NCBI GenBank assembly: GCA_027717985.1
Contig: JALLOO010000001.1
Location: 16,534-80,533, forward strand
Source: Patescibacteria group bacterium AH-259-L05
GTDB taxonomy: Bacteria > Patescibacteriota > Patescibacteriia > UBA2591 > UBA6264
DNA: 64,000 nucleotides
Reading direction: 5' to 3'
The position numbers were made by a program, and so were the translations under genes. Positions 9,543 through 18,285 of the stretch are shown piece by piece. The notes beneath the pieces were generated by a model. It had not been told where the DNA came from. It searched no databases and saw only the letters and a list, made by a program, of their open reading frames with translations. Each line of letters begins with the position of its first letter. Within the stretch, counting starts at the first letter, position 1.

Positions 9543-11326
9543 AATCCGAAACAAAAACATGCCAAAATTGTAAAAACAAGTTCACGATTGAACCTGAGGA
9601 TTTTGATTTTTACAATAAAATTAATGTTCCTACACCGACCTTTTGCCCGGAGTGTCGCTTAATTCGGCGTTTTGCTTGGCGGAATCAATATTTTCTCTAC
9701 CCGCGAGAGTGCGATAGGTGTGGAAAAGCAATGATCTCTGTTTTTTCAAAAGATACAGGGCTAACAGTGTATTGCCCGCCGTGCTGGTGGTCGGACAAAT
9801 GGGATGGGATGGAGTACGGCGTTGACTTTGACCCCAAAAAGCTGTTTCTGGTTCAGCTACGTAAACTATTACAAAGGGTACCAGTTATGAATCGTTTTTG
9901 TTTGTACGCAGGACTGGTGAACTCAGAATACACAAACATGGTGAGTTATCTCAAGAACTGCTACCTCGTAAGTCATAGCGACCATAACGAAAACTGCGCC
10001 TACTCGGCTTTTATCACCCATACAAATGATTCGTATGACAGTCTTATGGTAGATAAGTGCGAACTTTGTTATGAATGTGTGAATTGCAGGAGATGCTTCA
10101 ACGCCTTCTTTTCTATTGATTGTCAAGATTGCCATGATATAGGTTTTTCTCGAAACTGTATAGGATGTAGCCACTGTTTTGGTTGTACGAATCTGCGGAA
10201 TAAGCAGTACCACGTATTCAACAAGCCGTATTCAAAAGAAGAGTATGAAGAAAAGATACGGGAGCTACAACCGAAGACTCTCACAGCTCGAAGAAAAATC
10301 CAAGAGCACGTTGAAAAGCTTTGGAATAAATTCCCCCAAAAGTACATGCACGAGAGGAAGAATACTAACGTATCAGGCGATTACATTTACAACTCAAAAA
10401 ACGCCCGTGATTCATACATCATAGCCGATTGTGAAAATTGCCGATTTTGCTCTATTGTTAGTCCTGGCGGGCTCAAGGACTGCTATGACTTTACTCACTA
10501 TACAGGTGGGGAGTTATTTTATGAAGGATTGCAAATTGGCGATCAGGCATCACGTATTTTCTTTAGCTGGTTTGTTCTCTCTGGTGTTCGAGAAGTGGAA
10601 TATAGTATGTTTATCATCGGGGGAAGTAATATATTTGGCTCTGTCGGTTTGAAGAAAAGAGAGTACTGCATTTTAAACAAACAGTACCCGAAAGAGGAGT
10701 TTGAGATATTACGGGAGCAAATTATTGATCAGATGAATACAAAGCCGTACAAAGACAAACAAGGAAACGTGTATCGCTACGGAGAGTTCTTCCCAATCGA
10801 GTTAAGTCCTTTTGGCTACAACGAGACAACCGCGTATGAACACTTTCCCATTGCACAAGAAGAGGCAAAAGTAAGAGGATATAATTGGAAACCCCTGCGG
10901 GAGAGAGACTATAAGGTGACAAAAAAATCAAGTGATCTTCCAGAAACAATAGAGGAGGTTAACGATAGCATTACCGGCGAAGTTATCAGCTGTGAACATG
11001 AGGGAAGATGTGATGATCAATGTAGTACGGCGTTCAAGGTCATTCCTCAAGAACTTCAATTTTACAGACGGATGAGCTTGCCCGTACCGCACTTGTGCCC
11101 AAACTGCCGTTACGCAAAGAGGATAATGTGGAGAAATCCAGCAAAACTATACAAGCGAAAATGTCAGTGTGCTGGTACACGATCAGAAAATAATCTGTAC
11201 CAGAACACCATTGTTCATCAGCATCACGGATCTAATCACTGTTCCAACGAATTCGAAACCACGTATGCGCTTGGACGAAAAGAAATTGTGTATTGTGAAA
11301 AATGTTATCAACAAGAGGTTGTATGA
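9539..11326 (+). CDS. Cys-rich zinc-ribbon array protein, copy 7 (595 aa)
   Basis: Start moved to ATG 9539 (MKSETKTCQNCKNKF), which gives the family-typical ATGA overlap. The ORF-track start at 9518 lies inside copy 6. Intact CDRC-x17-CPPC ribbon. Confidence 0.88.
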   Translation: MKSETKTCQNCKNKFTIEPEDFDFYNKINVPTPTFCPECRLIRRFAWRNQYFLYPRECDRCGKAMISVFSKDTGLTVYCPPCWWSDKWDGMEYGVDFDPKKLFLVQLRKLLQRVPVMNRFCLYAGLVNSEYTNMVSYLKNCYLVSHSDHNENCAYSAFITHTNDSYDSLMVDKCELCYECVNCRRCFNAFFSIDCQDCHDIGFSRNCIGCSHCFGCTNLRNKQYHVFNKPYSKEEYEEKIRELQPKTLTARRKIQEHVEKLWNKFPQKYMHERKNTNVSGDYIYNSKNARDSYIIADCENCRFCSIVSPGGLKDCYDFTHYTGGELFYEGLQIGDQASRIFFSWFVLSGVREVEYSMFIIGGSNIFGSVGLKKREYCILNKQYPKEEFEILREQIIDQMNTKPYKDKQGNVYRYGEFFPIELSPFGYNETTAYEHFPIAQEEAKVRGYNWKPLRERDYKVTKKSSDLPETIEEVNDSITGEVISCEHEGRCDDQCSTAFKVIPQELQFYRRMSLPVPHLCPNCRYAKRIMWRNPAKLYKRKCQCAGTRSENNLYQNTIVHQHHGSNHCSNEFETTYALGRKEIVYCEKCYQQEVV

Positions 11327-13089
11327 AGTCTGAAACTAAAATTTGTCAAAATTGTAAACAGAAATTCATAATTGAACCTGAGGATTTTGATTTTTATGAG
11401 AAAATGGATGTACCGCCGCCTACGTTTTGTCCGGAGTGCCGTTTGCAACGGCGGTTGTCATTTTTAAATGAACGATTTTTATATAAAAGAAATTGTGATT
11501 GTTGCAATAAAGAAATTGTTACGTATTATTCGTCTGACAAACCGATAACCGTATATTGTCCTTCTTGCTGGTGGTCTGATCAATGGGATGGTATGGAGTA
11601 TGCTCGTGAGTGTGATTTTTCACGCCCGTTTCTCGAACAGCTCTGGGAGCTTTTTTATAGCACTCCGCATCTGGCTCTGTCCGTTGATTATCCATCGCTA
11701 GTCAACAGTACATACGTAAACTATGCTGGGCATTTGAAAAATTGTTACCTTATCTATGTTGCGGATTATTGTGATAGTGTTTTTTACTCAAATATTCTCT
11801 CACACGATAAAGATTCAATGGACTGTACCATCTTAGGAGAATCCGAACTCTGTTATGGGAACATTAATTGTGGAAGGTGTTATCGTGTTTTCTTTTCAGA
11901 AGATTTAACTGACTGTCATGATGTGTATTTTTCAAAACATTGTATTGGATGCAGTAATTGTTTTGGGTGTGTCAATTTAAGGAATAAACAATATCATATT
12001 TTTAATACATCATATACCAAGGAAGAATATGAGAAAAAACTTAGTGAATATAAGCTTAGCTCATATAGTTCAGTTGAACAGGTAAAAAACAAGGCGTTGG
12101 CTTTTTGGAATAAATTTCCCCATAAGTTTATGCACGGACAGCATAATGTAAGGACAACGGGCGATTATATATACCATTCAAAAAATACTCAGCAGAGTTA
12201 TTCGGCACGATACATAGAAGATAGTAAGTTTTGCCAGTTCATAACCCTACAGTCGACCAAAGATGCATATGATTATACTGAGTATGGGAATAATGCTCAG
12301 CGTATTTATGAGTGTGTTTCAGTAGGTGAGGGCGTTGATACTATTCGATTTTCATATCAGTGTTGGCCACACTGTTCTGATATTGAATATTCTATGTTTG
12401 CCATATCATCTTCAGATTTATTTGGATGTGTTGGATTAAAAAAGAAACAATATTGTATTTTAAACAAACAATATACAAAACAAGAATATGAAAGATTAGT
12501 TCCCAAGATTATCCAGCACATGAAGGATATACCGTATACAGATAAAAAGAAACGAGTATATAAATATGGTGAATTTTTCCCTGTAGAGTTAAGCCCGTTT
12601 GCATATAATGAAACGCTTGCGCAAGAGTATTTTCCTCTTGATAAAAAAGAAGTACATAAACAAAAGTATGTATGGGAAGAGCCAGAAAAAGGGCACTATA
12701 TAATTACGCTTAAATCAGAAGCTCTTCCTGATCGTATTGAAGATGCACCTGATACTATAGTGGATGAGATTTTAGAGTGCAGTGCGTGTAAAGGGGCGTT
12801 TCGTATTATAAAGCCAGAATTGAGATTGCTTCGTCATTTTAAGTTGCCGCTTCCGCGAAAATGTCCAAATTGTCGTCATCAAGGCCGATTTAGCCGTCTT
12901 AACCCTGTTCGTTTTTGGAATCGAAAATGTCAATGCGCAGGCGAGAAATCAGATAATAATATTTATAAGAATACAGTGGAACATTTTCATAAAAGTAATC
13001 ACTGCCCGAATGAGTTTGAAACCACGTATTCGCGTGACCGTAAAGAGATTTTATATTGCGAAAAGTGCTACCAAAGTGAAGTCGTATGA
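11323..13089 (+). CDS. Cys-rich zinc-ribbon array protein, copy 8 (588 aa)
   Basis: Start moved to ATG 11323 (MKSETKICQNCKQKF), which gives an ATGA overlap. Intact CDCC-x17-CPSC. The C-terminal module begins with a simple CSAC. Confidence 0.88.
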   Translation: MKSETKICQNCKQKFIIEPEDFDFYEKMDVPPPTFCPECRLQRRLSFLNERFLYKRNCDCCNKEIVTYYSSDKPITVYCPSCWWSDQWDGMEYARECDFSRPFLEQLWELFYSTPHLALSVDYPSLVNSTYVNYAGHLKNCYLIYVADYCDSVFYSNILSHDKDSMDCTILGESELCYGNINCGRCYRVFFSEDLTDCHDVYFSKHCIGCSNCFGCVNLRNKQYHIFNTSYTKEEYEKKLSEYKLSSYSSVEQVKNKALAFWNKFPHKFMHGQHNVRTTGDYIYHSKNTQQSYSARYIEDSKFCQFITLQSTKDAYDYTEYGNNAQRIYECVSVGEGVDTIRFSYQCWPHCSDIEYSMFAISSSDLFGCVGLKKKQYCILNKQYTKQEYERLVPKIIQHMKDIPYTDKKKRVYKYGEFFPVELSPFAYNETLAQEYFPLDKKEVHKQKYVWEEPEKGHYIITLKSEALPDRIEDAPDTIVDEILECSACKGAFRIIKPELRLLRHFKLPLPRKCPNCRHQGRFSRLNPVRFWNRKCQCAGEKSDNNIYKNTVEHFHKSNHCPNEFETTYSRDRKEILYCEKCYQSEVV

Positions 13090-14789
13090 AACAAGAAACT
13101 AAACAGTGTCAAAATTGTAAACAACAGTTCATGATTGAACCTGATGATTTTGATTTTTACAAAAAAGTTAAGGTGCCTGCACCAACTTTTTGCCCGCAAT
13201 GTCGATTGCAGCGGCGGCTTGCATTTTTTAATTTAATCAATCTTTATAAACGTCCGTGCGATCTTTGTAAAGAAGAAAAGGTTTCAATGTATGCGCCAGA
13301 TGCCCCCTATACCGTATATTGTCCCCATTGTTGGTGGTCTGACAACTGGGATCCATATGAGTACGGCCGCGATTATGATTTTTCTCGCCCGTTTTTTGAA
13401 CAATTCAATGATTTATGGCACGAGGTCCCACTCTTGGGACTTTCTCTTGATTTGCCCACTACCCTTGCTTCTCCTCATAATAACCATGCCGGTCATCTTA
13501 AAAACTGCTATCTTATTTTTCATGCCGATTGCAGCGAAGATTCTGCGTATGGGATGGTGAATTTTTATAATAAATCTGTTTTTGATTGCTCGTTGATTAG
13601 GCTGTCCGAGCTTTGTTATGATTGTATTCATGTATTTAAAAACAGCAGGGGAATTGGACTCAATCATGTTGTTGAATCGCTTGATTGTGCATTTTTACGT
13701 GATTGTATTAATTGTCAAGATTGTTTTGCCTGTGCTAACCTGCGTAATAAAAAATATCATATTTTTAATAAACCCTATACCAAAGAAGCATATTTTAAGA
13801 CAATTAAACAATGGGATTTAGGTTCATATAAAACGTATCAAGAAATAAAACAGTTAGCCAAAGAGCATTGGAAAAAGTTCCCCCCCAAACCGCGCTGGGA
13901 CGAATTATCAGTTAATGTGACAGGTAATTATGTTTTTGAGTCAAAAAACTGCAAACAGTGTTATGAGGTAGATGGTGCTCAAGATTGTAAATATCTTTTT
14001 ATGATGAGTGATCCGCCCATTAAAGACTGTTATGATATTTCAAGTTGGGGGAATAATCAAACGCTCTCGTATGAGTGTAATGTGGTAGGAGAGAATGTTT
14101 CCAATGTTAAGTTTTGCCAAGAAGCAGGTCTTACGCTATATAATGCCGAGTACTCTAAGTTATCAACCGGCGGATCAAATCATTTTGGTTGTGTATCAGC
14201 GAAGAAGGGCCAGTATTGTATTTTAAATAAACGGTACTCTAAGGAGGAATTTGAAACATTGCGCAAAAAAATAATTCAGCACATGAATGATATGCCGTAT
14301 ACAGATAAAAAGGGGCGAGTGTATAAATATGGCGAGTTTTTTCCCATAGAGCTCAGCCCGCAGTTTTATAATGAAACAGTTGCACAAAGATTTTTTCCGC
14401 TATCTAAACAAGAGATTATAAATAAAGGATATCAATGGAAAGATCCAGAACAGCATACCTATGAGATTACGATAAAAGCAAATGATTTACCTGATCATAT
14501 TAAAGATGTATCCGATGATATGTTACAAGAAGTGATTGAGTGCGCGCAGTGTAGGAAAGGATTTAAGATTATTCAAATGGAGTTAGGATTTTTGCATAAA
14601 ATGAATTTGCCCCTGCCCCGATCATGTCCGTTTTGTCGCATTAATAAAAAATTTAATCAATGGGTTAAGAATTTACAAATAGTTACACGAACGTGTTCAC
14701 AGTGCAGCAGCGAATTTGAAACTTCATATTCAAAAGAACGGGCAAAAACAATTTTGTGTAAACAATGCTATCTTAAACAAGTTGTATGA
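13086..14789 (+). CDS. Cys-rich zinc-ribbon array protein, copy 9 (567 aa)
   Basis: ATGA overlap with copy 8. MKQETKQCQNCKQQFMIEPDDFDFYKKVKVPAPTFCPQCR. Short C-terminal form CSQC-x17-CKQC. Confidence 0.9.
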   Translation: MKQETKQCQNCKQQFMIEPDDFDFYKKVKVPAPTFCPQCRLQRRLAFFNLINLYKRPCDLCKEEKVSMYAPDAPYTVYCPHCWWSDNWDPYEYGRDYDFSRPFFEQFNDLWHEVPLLGLSLDLPTTLASPHNNHAGHLKNCYLIFHADCSEDSAYGMVNFYNKSVFDCSLIRLSELCYDCIHVFKNSRGIGLNHVVESLDCAFLRDCINCQDCFACANLRNKKYHIFNKPYTKEAYFKTIKQWDLGSYKTYQEIKQLAKEHWKKFPPKPRWDELSVNVTGNYVFESKNCKQCYEVDGAQDCKYLFMMSDPPIKDCYDISSWGNNQTLSYECNVVGENVSNVKFCQEAGLTLYNAEYSKLSTGGSNHFGCVSAKKGQYCILNKRYSKEEFETLRKKIIQHMNDMPYTDKKGRVYKYGEFFPIELSPQFYNETVAQRFFPLSKQEIINKGYQWKDPEQHTYEITIKANDLPDHIKDVSDDMLQEVIECAQCRKGFKIIQMELGFLHKMNLPLPRSCPFCRINKKFNQWVKNLQIVTRTCSQCSSEFETSYSKERAKTILCKQCYLKQVV

Positions 14790-16522
14790 GTAAAACACCA
14801 CAATTTGATAGAGCTTTAGATGAAATTTTAAGAAATCTTAAGCCGCATACACGTACATGCCAACAGTGTGACACGGTGTTTGAGGTTTTTCAAGAGGATA
14901 TTGATATGTATCATATGCTGCGCGTATCACCACCGACTTTGTGCCCGATGTGCCGGAAGCGCCGCAGAATGGCATTCTTTCTGAGAACTTTCAGATTCTA
15001 TAAACCCCAGTGTCAAGCGCCGAGCCATAGCGAAAAAGTAGTATCGCAGCATCCATCAGATAGTCCTTTAACTATTTATGATTATGATTATTGGCTTTCT
15101 GATAGGTGGGATCCTTTAGATTATGGGAGGGAATATAAAGAAGATAAAGATTTTGTGGACCAATTTAGAGAACTGATTGTTACCACTCCATTACCGCCCA
15201 TTGATCGTCCCTTTAGTAGTGTCAATTGTGACTATGCAATAGGCGGATTCAATGCTAAAGATTGTTATTATGCGGGAGGCCTTTTGGGAGTAGAGCATAT
15301 TTACTATGGTTTTGTTGCTGCGTATTCAAAAGAATGTGTTGACGTAACTGAGATTGTTAATTCTGAACTCTGTTATGAGGCAATAGATGCTGAGTATTGT
15401 TATAACTGCAGTTTTGTTCAGGATTGTATGCATTGTGTAGATAGTGCTTTTTTGTTTGATTGTAGAAATTGTCAGAATTGCTTTGGGTGTACGAATCTGC
15501 GCAATAAACAATACTGTTGGTTTAATGAACAGGTATCCAAAGAAGAATATCGTAAACGTCGAGAAAAAGTATTTTTAGGAGATCGTAGTGTATTAAATAA
15601 AATAAAGAAAGAATTTGATCCTTTATACAAGGCTGCGCTCCGTCGAGCACTTGATAATAAGAATACTATTAACTCTTTGGGTAATAAAATGCGGGGCTGT
15701 AAGAATTGTTTCAGGGTATTTTTTGCGCTTAAGGATGCTGAAAATATCCGTTACAGTGATTATTTCTTAGGCATAAAAGATTCTATGGATGTATTTGGAG
15801 CAGGAAAATCAGTTTCTTTATTATATGAAGTCGAATCTGTAAGTGACAGTGATCGTATAAAAATGTCTTGGATTATTAGGGGAGGATCTTCTGGACTAGA
15901 GTATTGTCTTAACCTAGCTAATTGTCAGAATTGCTTTGGGTGTGTCGGTTTACGTAATAAAAAATATTGTATCTTAAACCGCCAGTATTTGGAAAATGAG
16001 TATTGGAAACTTTTAGATGTGATTAAAATTAAAATGTTGTCCGACGGAGAATATGGTGAATTTTTTTCACCAAAATGGAAACTCCATCCCTACAATAATA
16101 GCATTGCTCAATGGGAGTTTCCCTTAACTAAACAAGAAGCAGAAAAGTTAGGTTATTGGTGGAAAGACGAAGAGAGATCAGAGGAACAGACCTTGCCAAC
16201 ACTGAGAGCACATGAAGTACCTGTTGATATTCGAGAGGTAGAAGATGATATTTTAAAGCATGCTATTGTGTGTGAGCAAACAGGTATGTTGTTTCGTATT
16301 ATTAAGCCAGAGTTAGAGTTTTATAAAAAACAGGGGATTACGCTTCCCACCATTCACCCACGTCAGCGCATTCGTAATCGTTATACAAAGCGCACGGCAT
16401 TCCAGCTATGGGACTACGTATGTCCTCAATGCGGTCAAAAAACATATACCGCTTATACACCAGAACAACAGAAAAGGTTCAAAATCTGGTGCGAAACCTG
16501 CTATCTTAAGGAAATAATATGA
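14786..16522 (+). CDS. Cys-rich zinc-ribbon array protein, copy 10 (578 aa, most divergent)
   Basis: ATGA overlap with copy 9. About 24 extra N-terminal residues precede CQQCDTVFEVFQEDIDMYHMLRVSPPTLCPMCR. It retains CRNCQNCFGCTNLRNKQYCWFN and CFGCVGLRNKKYCILNRQY. C-terminal ribbon is CPQC-x19-CETC. Confidence 0.88.
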   Translation: MSKTPQFDRALDEILRNLKPHTRTCQQCDTVFEVFQEDIDMYHMLRVSPPTLCPMCRKRRRMAFFLRTFRFYKPQCQAPSHSEKVVSQHPSDSPLTIYDYDYWLSDRWDPLDYGREYKEDKDFVDQFRELIVTTPLPPIDRPFSSVNCDYAIGGFNAKDCYYAGGLLGVEHIYYGFVAAYSKECVDVTEIVNSELCYEAIDAEYCYNCSFVQDCMHCVDSAFLFDCRNCQNCFGCTNLRNKQYCWFNEQVSKEEYRKRREKVFLGDRSVLNKIKKEFDPLYKAALRRALDNKNTINSLGNKMRGCKNCFRVFFALKDAENIRYSDYFLGIKDSMDVFGAGKSVSLLYEVESVSDSDRIKMSWIIRGGSSGLEYCLNLANCQNCFGCVGLRNKKYCILNRQYLENEYWKLLDVIKIKMLSDGEYGEFFSPKWKLHPYNNSIAQWEFPLTKQEAEKLGYWWKDEERSEEQTLPTLRAHEVPVDIREVEDDILKHAIVCEQTGMLFRIIKPELEFYKKQGITLPTIHPRQRIRNRYTKRTAFQLWDYVCPQCGQKTYTAYTPEQQKRFKIWCETCYLKEII

Positions 16523-18285
16523 ATCAACAAACTAAAATTTGTCAAAATTGCCAACAACAGTTCACGATTGAACCGGATGATTTTGTATTCTATGAGAAAA
16601 TCAAAGTCCCACCACCAACGTTTTGTCCAGAGTGTCGAGAGCAACGGCGGATTGCATTTCGCAATGAACGGGCGTTATATAAACGAACATGTGATTTGTG
16701 CGGGAAAGAAGTGGTATCCCGCGTTTCTCCGGACAAATCATATCCAATGTATTGCAAGAAATGCTGGTGGTCTGATACATGGGATCCATTGGATTATGGC
16801 AGGGACTATGATTTTACTAAACCATTTTTTAAACAGTTCAAAGAGCTTCTGATGAAAACACCTCATATTTCATTGTTAAGTTCAAATATTGTAGATAGTG
16901 AATGGGTGAATCAGGAAACAGATGATAAGAATTGTTATTTAAATGTAGGCGGACATTATAATCAGGATTCAGCATATAATACATATGAGCTGTATGGGAA
17001 AGATTGTTTTGATAATTTTTGGGTGCTCCATAGTGAACTGTGTTATGAAGATATAAATTGTGAGCGGTGTTATCGAACATTATTTTCACGAGAATGTTTT
17101 GATTGTCAAGATACGATTCTGTCATATGATTGCCGCAATTGCTCTAATGTATTTGGCTGTGCAGGGTTGCGTAACAAAAAGTATTATATTTTTAACAAAC
17201 CTCATTCCAAAGAAGAGTATGAAAAATTTTTAAAAGAAGCTCCTATTACCTCGCATACCAATCTTTTGAATACAAGACAAAAGGCAGAAAAAGTATGGTT
17301 ATCAGTTCCTCATCGTGATACATTTATTGTAAAATCGGTTAATTCTGATGGTAATTTTATTCATGAATCAAAAAATGCACATAATTGCTGGAATACTGAA
17401 GGCGTGGAAGACGCCAAGAACATTTATATCGGCGGCTGGCTAAAAGACAGTTATGACGAAACATCTCATGGCGCCTCAGAATTAGGATATGAATGTGCAA
17501 GCGGCGGGGGAGTTTATAATTCTAAGTTTCTTTCATATTGTATGTCAAAAGATCCTCTAGGGACTACACACTCTTCTGAGTTGGAATATTGTTATACTGT
17601 TGCGGGCAGTAACAACTGTTTTGGTTGTGCCAATTTAAGAGATCAAGAGTATTGTATTTTAAATAGAAAATACTCAAAACAAGAGTATGAAAAATTGGTT
17701 CCTCAAATCATTCAACACATGAATGATATGCCATACAAGGATAAAAAAGGAAGGGTATACAAATATGGTGAATTCTTCCCCATTGAATTTTCACCTTTTG
17801 GCTATAATGAGACTGCTGCTATGGATTATTATCCACTCACTCGTGAGCAAGCATTACAAAAAGGTTATCCATGGAGTAATTATGAATCAGATACGAAGTA
17901 TAAATTTTCTAATTATATAATTCCCGATGATATTTCTGATGTTGGTGATGATATTTTAGAGCAGGTTTTGAAATGTGAGGTTTTGGGCAAGGCATATCGT
18001 ATTATTCCCATGGAACTCCAATTTTATCGGAGAATGGGTCTTCCGATTCCGCGACGTGCACCACTTCAGCGGCACAATGATAGAATTTCTCAACTTTTAC
18101 CGCGAAAACTTTTTAATCGTACCTGCCAATGCGTTGGAGAACAATCAGATAATGGGGTATACAAAAATACGATTAAGCATTTTCATGAATCTAAACATTG
18201 CCCCAATTCCATTAAAACTCCGTATGACACAAACCGCAAAGAAATAGTCTACTGCGAGAAATGTTATCTTAAAGAAATTATATGA
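16519..18285 (+). CDS. Cys-rich zinc-ribbon array protein, copy 11 (588 aa)
   Basis: ATGA overlap with copy 10. MNQQTKICQNCQQQFTIEPDDFVFYEKIKVPPPTFCPECR with intact CDLC-x17-CKKC. The first ribbon of the C-terminal module has decayed (KCEVLG ... RAPLQR). Confidence 0.9.
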   Translation: MNQQTKICQNCQQQFTIEPDDFVFYEKIKVPPPTFCPECREQRRIAFRNERALYKRTCDLCGKEVVSRVSPDKSYPMYCKKCWWSDTWDPLDYGRDYDFTKPFFKQFKELLMKTPHISLLSSNIVDSEWVNQETDDKNCYLNVGGHYNQDSAYNTYELYGKDCFDNFWVLHSELCYEDINCERCYRTLFSRECFDCQDTILSYDCRNCSNVFGCAGLRNKKYYIFNKPHSKEEYEKFLKEAPITSHTNLLNTRQKAEKVWLSVPHRDTFIVKSVNSDGNFIHESKNAHNCWNTEGVEDAKNIYIGGWLKDSYDETSHGASELGYECASGGGVYNSKFLSYCMSKDPLGTTHSSELEYCYTVAGSNNCFGCANLRDQEYCILNRKYSKQEYEKLVPQIIQHMNDMPYKDKKGRVYKYGEFFPIEFSPFGYNETAAMDYYPLTREQALQKGYPWSNYESDTKYKFSNYIIPDDISDVGDDILEQVLKCEVLGKAYRIIPMELQFYRRMGLPIPRRAPLQRHNDRISQLLPRKLFNRTCQCVGEQSDNGVYKNTIKHFHESKHCPNSIKTPYDTNRKEIVYCEKCYLKEII

